Source: Schizochytrium sp. TIO01
Lineage: Eukaryota; Protista; Bigyra: Labyrinthulomycetes
Assembly (NCBI GenBank): GCA_004764695.1
Contig: SMSO01000032.1
Span: 2,480,001-2,544,000, forward strand
Reading direction: 5' to 3'
DNA length: 64,000 nt
Shown here piece after piece: positions 57,601 to 64,000 of the stretch. Each line of letters begins with the position of its first letter. The stretch's first letter is position 1. The notes beneath the pieces were generated by a model. That model was not told the origin of the DNA. It saw only the letters and a program-made list of their open reading frames with translations, and ran no database searches. The translations under genes and the position numbers were made by a program.

Positions 57601-59900
57601 GATCCAACGTCCAAAAGTTTGGTGCAGGCTTGGAAGTGGTCACCAGGAATTTGTTCACGGAAATTCTCCATGACATCTTTATAATCAATACGTGTTGGAA
57701 AACCACCGCCTCGTAGAGCTTGTGCAGTTTGAGCAATTCCTAAACATCGAAGTTGGTCAAGTACGTATCTGTCATCGAACCATTTGCCATCTTGATGATC
57801 ACGACTCAATGAAAGATTCGGTTTAATGCAGCGGACAAAAGAGCACTGGGTGGCATTGAGATCATCAACCAGAGATTCTATTTGACGAGAAAAATTTGAT
57901 GCGATAGTTTGCTGGCGCTTGAGGGTTCCAGATCTTGGGGCTGTAGATGCTGCGGTGCTCGCGACCAACATATCTATGACAAAATTGCTCTCAGATTGAC
58001 CTAACACGGCCTGTGCATCCTTCGGAAGCCTATCAAGATTCTTTTGAGTAAAGTTCCCAACTGTATAAGTAACACATGACGCATAATGAGAGATAATAAA
58101 CGTCGATTGTCGATCCTTTGGGTGAGGCGGAACAAATAGTGGATGTGAAGTAAATGTACTATGTAGAGTAGCAACAAACTTTTCGTCTTTAGGATTTGGG
58201 CATTCACTTTCCGCAGCTAGCTTGTATAAGATACCTTGCATTTTTTTAGTACCTTTCAACAAGGCAATGCAAGAAAGCTCCACATTATCACATCCAGCAG
58301 CATTCGACATTTCGTTTTGATGAGCAGAAGATGAGCCGCAATCAAGTACTAGTCCTTCTTGTCGATACAGCATTGCTTCAGCTACTAGCACCTTTTCACG
58401 GAAGGTTTCTTGAAGAGCTTCATTTGCAAAGTTGATTAGTAGCTGCTCGAAATCGTTTATAGCAAATGTTTCAAATCCGAAAATATCAAGCACTCCAACA
58501 TACGAATGCTCAAACTGCTTTGCAGCAGTAGCATCTGGTGCTAGCATATTATTGATACGTTCGATAAGCCAATCGAACAAAGCACTATAAAGGCTTTTAG
58601 CCAAAGCATTGCGAGCTTCAATGGCTTCAGATAGCTTCCTTCGAACATTGACAACCTCGCTACCCGGCAAATTCACTGTACGCTCACATATTAGCTCCTC
58701 AAGAGTACCTGGCAAAAGCCCAAGTAGTTTCGACGTTGTTGCCTCAGCCTCCTTGCTCTTGCTATCAATGTACGCCACGCGCCCTTGCTCACTCTCTTCT
58801 TCAGCAATATTGAGGTTCCCTAGATGTAAAATACATGCAACCATGAGGAAAATTGAATCAAGGCTGTCTCCGAGCCCCACAGTGACGAGAGCCTGCACAA
58901 GTTGTTCGAATGCCTCCTTGTCATCTGCAAGCTGATCCTTTGAGTCAAAATCCCCTTGATCCTCCGCCTTGATAAAATTGAAGTTATACCCTTTTAAGCC
59001 TTGCTGTATGTCGCCGAGATTTGCTTTAGCTCGAAGCTCTTCATCAGCTCCATTAATTAACTCATAAAACACCCGGAAAGATCGTTCTCCCGGACTGTGA
59101 AACACTATCCGAGATCGCTCCAAAAGATACGAACAAATAGATGCATGCACAAGTGCAACGCCACTGCCAACATCAGAAGAAGCATTCCCAGTAGTGTTGC
59201 AGTCAAAGTGAAGCTTTGTAAATTTTCCGAAACGAGAAGAATTATGGTTACGCAAAGTCGCGGCGTTGCCGAAAGACTCTAGGATTGGGTTGACACCAAG
59301 TAGCTGCTGTTCAAGCGCTAATGCGGATTCATTACTACTTGAGGATGCTGAAGAACGCTTGATGAGATGCTGGAGTACGCGTTTGCCTACTTCAGTTTTA
59401 CCGGCACCACTTTCACCGGCAATCACAATTGACTGTGCACTTACACAACTTCTGTCTTGATTCTTGGTTGCGAAACACAACTGTTGAAATGCAGTCTCTG
59501 CAAGCGCATATGGATGCGGGGGTACGAAAGCACCTGGCGCAGCTTTAAAACCAGCTTCGAGAGATTCCTCAAGTTTAATTAAAGGGTTCACGCTCACAAG
59601 AATCCCACTAAGATAAGTATATGGGCAATCAGCGTACGAACGCCCTTCTAAAATATGAAGGATCGCTGGCTCATGAAGATGACGGAGGCTTGTCAAGTCT
59701 TGCAAATCACTAAAGTTTGATGTCTCAGGGTTCATTTCAAAGACATCCTCTCGACTTATTGGGATGGTCACCCCAAGTGTTTCGACACAAACATCCACGA
59801 AGTCTTCATCTTTTTCATCAAACACAATTTCACCTCTTAGGAAAGATCCCTCCACCAAGACCCAGACTGGGCGGCGTACCGCTTTAATTGATCGTCCCAT
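54624..59900 (-). CDS. Unconventional myosin heavy chain with IQ motifs, coiled coil and C-terminal RhoGEF (DH)-PH tail
   Basis: Motor: P-loop GESGAGKT, LESFGNA.T.RNHNSSRFGKF, LDIFGFE, FVRCIKPN. IQ: IQIQSIWRMALA and AQSFWRM. DH-like: LRQEEKSYVDAL...IFSNLPQLLQIH...LRDLLKIPLNQMARY..FL..LL. PH-like: RAFFLFSDVLVISKK. Confidence 0.93.
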   Translation of the reverse strand: MGRSIKAVRRPVWVLVEGSFLRGEIVFDEKDEDFVDVCVETLGVTIPISREDVFEMNPETSNFSDLQDLTSLRHLHEPAILHILEGRSYADCPYTYLSGILVSVNPLIKLEESLEAGFKAAPGAFVPPHPYALAETAFQQLCFATKNQDRSCVSAQSIVIAGESGAGKTEVGKRVLQHLIKRSSASSSSNESALALEQQLLGVNPILESFGNAATLRNHNSSRFGKFTKLHFDCNTTGNASSDVGSGVALVHASICSYLLERSRIVFHSPGERSFRVFYELINGADEELRAKANLGDIQQGLKGYNFNFIKAEDQGDFDSKDQLADDKEAFEQLVQALVTVGLGDSLDSIFLMVACILHLGNLNIAEEESEQGRVAYIDSKSKEAEATTSKLLGLLPGTLEELICERTVNLPGSEVVNVRRKLSEAIEARNALAKSLYSALFDWLIERINNMLAPDATAAKQFEHSYVGVLDIFGFETFAINDFEQLLINFANEALQETFREKVLVAEAMLYRQEGLVLDCGSSSAHQNEMSNAAGCDNVELSCIALLKGTKKMQGILYKLAAESECPNPKDEKFVATLHSTFTSHPLFVPPHPKDRQSTFIISHYASCVTYTVGNFTQKNLDRLPKDAQAVLGQSESNFVIDMLVASTAASTAPRSGTLKRQQTIASNFSRQIESLVDDLNATQCSFVRCIKPNLSLSRDHQDGKWFDDRYVLDQLRCLGIAQTAQALRGGGFPTRIDYKDVMENFREQIPGDHFQACTKLLDVGSAAGLDEIARQRRRNARFIRALFWAFDIPQDTYRCGLTKVFFKPGALQKVDAMLKNSGTQSGTNQEHLARFKRHCARSAWRSCCTKVIAANRFLAVLQTAREVADRRRKQQEKLAAIQIQSIWRMALAMDRFRVVFQAVLVAQSFWRMCSTRQAFKVKLEIARNKQKQAEAEAIANAKEEERLREEENEAERLREQALRAQQQMQLQMMKDALIAHNESLDRVNSSAGMSTIQEEEEESSWKSRHISGTFVPPSVSESVSSSAKDSNEESASARAEPPPLPPKPVHKRGLSLQASELENPVLSKDNVSKAENLSHEITDGESKESTQSESTTHERPRSGRDIAQKYADVNKPPPPPPPKSDRTLKRQSVRARGQSASSIVSDEGLAEDMKRRSASMGDKVEISSNLRKSTESGSSSSGKSKNSSSSSSRKNKGNVASEKAKVSMGTGGARMSERKQRLYARRGQSGRNTEEQEQKKQRTIFLRLRQEEKSYVDALSIINGNYYQPTLQSVLNDDISSTKGISRQDTEGIFSNLPQLLQIHMQMLTSIEEELAKHKQDMTYPLTTRFLAQFQDSLPYLRTVYLVYVKQNSTSLRILGQARSEVPRFAKFLRITAENKTLPSYGTDLRDLLKIPLNQMARYNEFLNMLLSCMHPDNRDYKELREVGRKIEGIKRELENERRLSRLRIRAYEIASELEGVGKSAWVRKGKTQLLSNVNKARSHHSLLDLSAAAAAVPGQHQSLSLHHADSSSDGSDLNSAPQSHILVPGRQFLCEWVAPLSVSERKLDEGRHQDVKPKARAFFLFSDVLVISKKVANRKYDLRMWIDLSKIWVDASHITSGSQKTTQVREQFEEALNDRNERVYPLQIVYISMAGGMANTGHTSLAIRLLQNASGGPKKRKVVRHENLAPRVENLILWFRSPVQRREAFQNLTSASKALKKRREQLAKMQAEFVGKGAAGAAVMKAAQERLAHLCETPIQLEGLQDCPTPSSAVA

Positions 59901-62114
59901 GAGGATACAGGATACCGTACAGTTTGGTTTGAGGTTTCAACAGGGCGTTCAAGGAGATTGTATTTTAACGAGAATAATGAAGAAGTAGGTTTAAGTGAGA
60001 GACCGGAGTCTGTACACTAAAATGCAATAGACCTCAATCTATTACGTAACTGTTCTCAAAAAGGTCTGAGAGACTATATTCGCTCAATCTGCAGGAATTC
60101 ACAGCTGTAGAGCAAAGACTTTACACGACTAACCAATATCAATCTAATACAAACAAAGTTCCTCGCAAATCTAGATCTGCTCTTGCTGAGCAGTCTTCTT
60201 GCTCAACAGGTATTAATAAAACTAGCAGTCAATCTAAATGCCTGACCCCGTGCGACTGCAAGTACAAGTCACACGCTGATGCTTTCTTCAGACTCTCTAT
60301 TACTGGACGCTGGAGTGCCGTAATTGTCAAAGCTCGCACGCTCAGCAGCCACACTCGCAGCCGCGAGGTGGTCTGCTTGTCTCAGACTCGCCCAAACAGC
60401 AAAAACAGATTGGATTGTGTTCCTGCTACGTATTGGTCGGTCTGATTTGAAAGACGGGAGTGCTGATGATGTTACGTTCAAATTTCTGTTGCCCTAGAAA
60501 CTTTGTTTACTTATTTGAACTTACTTAGAAATGAAGCACTAGATGATTTACAGGGACTGTCACTTGTTCCCTCTCTTTAAGTTGGCTTCAACCCAATGGG
60601 ACTTAGTCAATATGACTAATACCAGGCTGGCTTACATCATGTTGCACAATGGAAAGAAAGACATGCAAATTGATTAATCGAAGAATGTCTCAGTAATTAA
60701 GCTGTATTCTGTGCTGAAAAGTACAGCATGAAAGGAAGAAAGGAAGGTGAGCTATTTCATTTGACGAACTTTGCGCAATATACTTTAAAATGCAAGTATA
60801 GTGTGCCCTTTGGGCCGCTGATTAATCTCCCCGATCTTACAGCACTATAGCAACTCTCTGATAGCTGTGAGAATGAGGGCCAAATACCTCATAAATTTTT
60901 AGAAAATTATAACTTATTTATTATTTTTCAAAGAAGAAGATGAAAGGAGCATTGCTCCTTCCGGGACCCCATTACGCCCGTCTGGACTACTTTCTCACAC
61001 CACTTCATCCAAAGAAAGTTAACGTGCTTTGATGCTCCGAAAAGGTCCCATACTCTTCGTGGCAACCAAGGTCGCACAGCCAAGACCACCTAGTGGTGGT
61101 CAAAAGTGTTTTCCTATAACTAAAGGAAGTTCAATGCGAGACTAAAAGACAAATTTACAAAAGAGCTCGTTGGTGCACTTCATAATATTAAACAAACACA
61201 ATGGACAGTGCGTCTTCCTCGGCCAATCACCATGGTCGCCGCACTTTCGTTACACAGCTTGAGCACGCCCTAATCGCCTACACAAGAGCAGAACTCTTTT
61301 ATTTGAGACGAAGATAGTCTCAGAAAAGTATTCCAGCTATCATCACAGAAATCCAAGACCGCATGCCCAGCTCCATGAGCCGTATTTGGGCACCCCAAGA
61401 GCTACTTTGGGGTCTAATTTCTGACCTAGAGTCTAAGGTATCGACCGCTGTCGAGGAATAACTCTGATGTTGAGATGCTATGAAGAGCTTCATACTAGGG
61501 AAACGGCACTGTAAGAAATTGGACCAAAACGAAAATTCGCTAGCAAAAGAAGCAAGATGTAAACTGATTTATAAGTCCTTTCTATAATAAATAAGTCACT
61601 TAACTAAAGCCCCCTCCGCCGACTTGGCTTTTTTGGGCGCTGCACTCTCGCTCTTCGTAATGAGGCTCCTGCACCTGCTGACCCAAACCCTTCCTGGTAG
61701 CGGTGACGATTTTTCTCGGCCAGAGCCACTTACTCTGCTTAGACCCGAGCGATCGTTTATGATTGCTGAGCACCGCTGAGCACGTTCGACTCCCAATCAC
61801 AGACCCTTTGTCAACTCGGAACCGAGGAACTTGCGTATACAGGGAAAAGAAGCCCGCATCGACTTTTGCTTGTATTGTACAAAGACTTATTGTGGCCGTT
61901 GTGCGCTTCTGTTTCTATCAAATAATTTTGGGTTCGTTCGAGCTTCTAACCGAGCTTAGCTACGCAGATTCTGGCACCTACTAGACTCTGTAGAAGAAAA
62001 GGAAAAAGAACAAAAGAAAGTTGAGCTGTGATCTGTCCGAGAAGAGTTCTTGTAGAGCCTGCTGTAAAATTCCTTTTGTGTAATTATTAAGCAAAGGCAA
62101 ACGACTCGATTATC

Positions 62115-63335
62115 ATGGGCCAGTCTGGGTCTGTGAGTGAATATGCTACGGTTCGAGTTGCTCTAGATCAAACTTTGGCTGTGCCTGGGGATGTAGTTGA
62201 AGGTCATATTTCTGCTGTGGTTATTGCAAGGACTAAGCTTTCTGAGGTAATCGCACGACTCAGATGCACAGTGGTTACAGGTGCTGATACAGATCAAGGC
62301 AAAGCTGTCTTAGTTGATCAACTGATAACATGCAAAAAGTATCCCCAAGGCTACCTCGACCCTGGAACTTATCACTTTCCTTTTAGGTTTCACCTGCCAC
62401 GAGATGCACCACCATCAGTCAACTTTGAGCACCTCGATCGGAGCTCCGGGGATCTTGTAAAGCTGTGCGTTGCATACAGTGTAAACGCTGAGATACGAAT
62501 TCCTTCCTGGTTTGGAGGAAAACAAGTTCTGCATAAGCAACCACTCGAAGTGAATGCGACTCCAGCCATTGCTCCAATTTCAACGAGTAGAATGATTGCC
62601 AAGGTCGATAGTGGCTTTGCGTTTCTTCGAACTCATGGGGGTATCCATGTCAATGCCTTTTGTATCCCTTCATGTGTGCGCCCAGGTGAAACATGCGCAG
62701 TAACTGTACACATGTACAACAATACCAATGCTGCGTTCGTGCTACGCCAAACAAAGTTGGAACAAACCATTCGAGTTCAGACAAGGCTGTTATCCAAAGA
62801 ACACACACAAAAGTGGACATTACACCAAAGCACGACTGTTGAGACTGAAGAAGAGTATAAGGACCCGAATGATGACAGTGAAGTCAAGGTTCAGAGAGTA
62901 CCTCCAAAAGAAACTGAGTTTGGAGCTCAGGGAAAAAAAACATGCGCAAGGTTCACGATTACTGTGCCTTTAAATATTCCTCACCAGAGTTTTTCGATAA
63001 AGCAGGCAAGTATTAACCACGCAGTTGTGTTTACTTTGCAACCCTGTGCCTTGCTGGGGAGCACCTACAACTTGCGACTTCCTTTGCAGATTGCACACTC
63101 CGGAGGAAACAGCCATGCGAGCCGTTCGGCTACTGTTGGTGCATCTTCGCAGGTTGCCCGTGCTGTGCATGCAAGTGATTTCTATGGAGATGATGCAGAT
63201 GTCCCTCTCGCTATGCCAGTTCCTGCTCCATCTGCACCACCATTACCAAATGCCGATTCCGGATCATCCCTCACTTCCTCGCTCCGTGCAGACTTAACTG
63301 CTAATACAGTGTCCTCTTCAGGAAGCAAAATGTAA
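62115..63335 (+). CDS. Arrestin-domain (alpha-arrestin/ARRDC-like) protein
   Basis: Arrestin_N-like PGDVVEGHI and LDPGTYHFPFRFHLPRDAPPS, plus a second sandwich PGETCAVTVHMYNNT. N-terminal MGQSGS and C-terminal PSAP. Confidence 0.85.
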   Translation: MGQSGSVSEYATVRVALDQTLAVPGDVVEGHISAVVIARTKLSEVIARLRCTVVTGADTDQGKAVLVDQLITCKKYPQGYLDPGTYHFPFRFHLPRDAPPSVNFEHLDRSSGDLVKLCVAYSVNAEIRIPSWFGGKQVLHKQPLEVNATPAIAPISTSRMIAKVDSGFAFLRTHGGIHVNAFCIPSCVRPGETCAVTVHMYNNTNAAFVLRQTKLEQTIRVQTRLLSKEHTQKWTLHQSTTVETEEEYKDPNDDSEVKVQRVPPKETEFGAQGKKTCARFTITVPLNIPHQSFSIKQASINHAVVFTLQPCALLGSTYNLRLPLQIAHSGGNSHASRSATVGASSQVARAVHASDFYGDDADVPLAMPVPAPSAPPLPNADSGSSLTSSLRADLTANTVSSSGSKM

Positions 63336-63507
63336 ATTTTCTTAGTTATAAACCTTCTCAAATACCAGAGATGTGACGCTTCCTAGTTGTCTCATTGCTG
63401 ATTTAACAGAAAAACGCAAAAAAAATATTACTTTGCTTATCTTTCTTTTTAAGTTGGACACACATGACCCAAACAGTTTTTTTATTTCTGAATTGTGCCA
63501 TACACAT

Positions 63508-64000
63508 TTATTTAGCTATATCCATGCTGCTTTCTTTTTTTTTGTGCATTTCTACAAAGTAAGGCTGGAAGGCTCGGTTATGATCAGTACGAATTGCATC
63601 CAAAAAGGCAATCTCTTCTGTAGATTTTCGAACGTGGAAACGAGACTCGGCACGGGCAATGAAAAGATCAAGCGACTTGTATCGGGGTGGTGACACTACT
63701 ATACAGCGTGAACTCTCATCCTTAAGCAAGTAGAAGATTGCATTGAGAAGATCAGGATGTAACTTATTCAAGTACAAACAATCAGAAATGAGAATTATAT
63801 CGTACTTCTCCTCATCAGCATAGTCTGCCTTTCTATCCCAAAAAATTTGTCTTGTGCTAATCGGTAGATTTTGAAGGTGATTCACTTGTAAGTGCTCGCA
63901 AGCAAGTTTCAGACATGCCTGACTCCCATCGCTTAGGCAAATAGATGCGCCAGTAGGTAAACAACGAGCAAGCAAAAGACCTGCTAGACCGCAAAATCCA
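63508..64000 (-). CDS. CAMKMT: Lysine methyltransferase (Methyltransf_16), calmodulin-lysine N-methyltransferase-like; 5' end lies beyond the window
   Basis: The frame is open to the window end: GFCGLAGLLLA, ICLSDG, W...YDIILISDCLY...H..L..AI..LLK, and VVSPPR..SL..F. Confidence 0.7.
   Translation of the reverse strand, partial: GFCGLAGLLLARCLPTGASICLSDGSQACLKLACEHLQVNHLQNLPISTRQIFWDRKADYADEEKYDIILISDCLYLNKLHPDLLNAIFYLLKDESSRCIVVSPPRYKSLDLFIARAESRFHVRKSTEEIAFLDAIRTDHNRAFQPYFVEMHKKKESSMDIAK

Noticed and set aside
60960-61465. Protein-like short frames and a GACCAC-N6-GTGGTC hairpin between myosin and arrestin
   Set aside because: Fragments are under 60 aa with no motif, and a 6-bp stem is expected by chance.

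Overview
Eukaryotic, intron-poor genomic DNA. Long single-exon ORFs, tetranucleotide-microsatellite-rich intergenic DNA and a bacterial-type PepN suggest a thraustochytrid/labyrinthulomycete such as Aurantiochytrium (inference only). The left half (1-31.5 kb) has four supported genes separated by gene deserts of about 10 kb and 13 kb. The deserts are rich in microsatellites and in the palindromes CTCGCGAG and AGGTACCT. The four genes encode a codon-biased basic protein with a possible HTH tail, a TM + heptad-repeat + PX protein, a multipass membrane protein with endolysosomal sorting signals, and a hypothetical protein. The right half is gene-dense: a ceramide synthase with an animal-CerS-type homeobox-like domain, a signal-anchored TTL-like ATP-grasp ligase, a decayed kinase + Ulp1(C48) peptidase relic, a GT23/FUT8-like fucosyltransferase, a long acidic WW protein, a glucosidase II beta-like gene, aminopeptidase N, two small hypotheticals, a myosin with a RhoGEF(DH)-PH tail, a myristoylation/PSAP-motif arrestin-domain protein and a partial CaM-lysine methyltransferase. 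Three +1 frame breaks cluster at 44.4-47.5 kb and are probably homopolymer errors. The most notable items are the Hox-domain ceramide synthase, the luminal TTL-like ligase, the myosin-RhoGEF and the ARRDC1/Gag-like arrestin. No rRNA, tRNA or CRISPR could be supported. All domain calls are by-eye motif recognition, not database searches.
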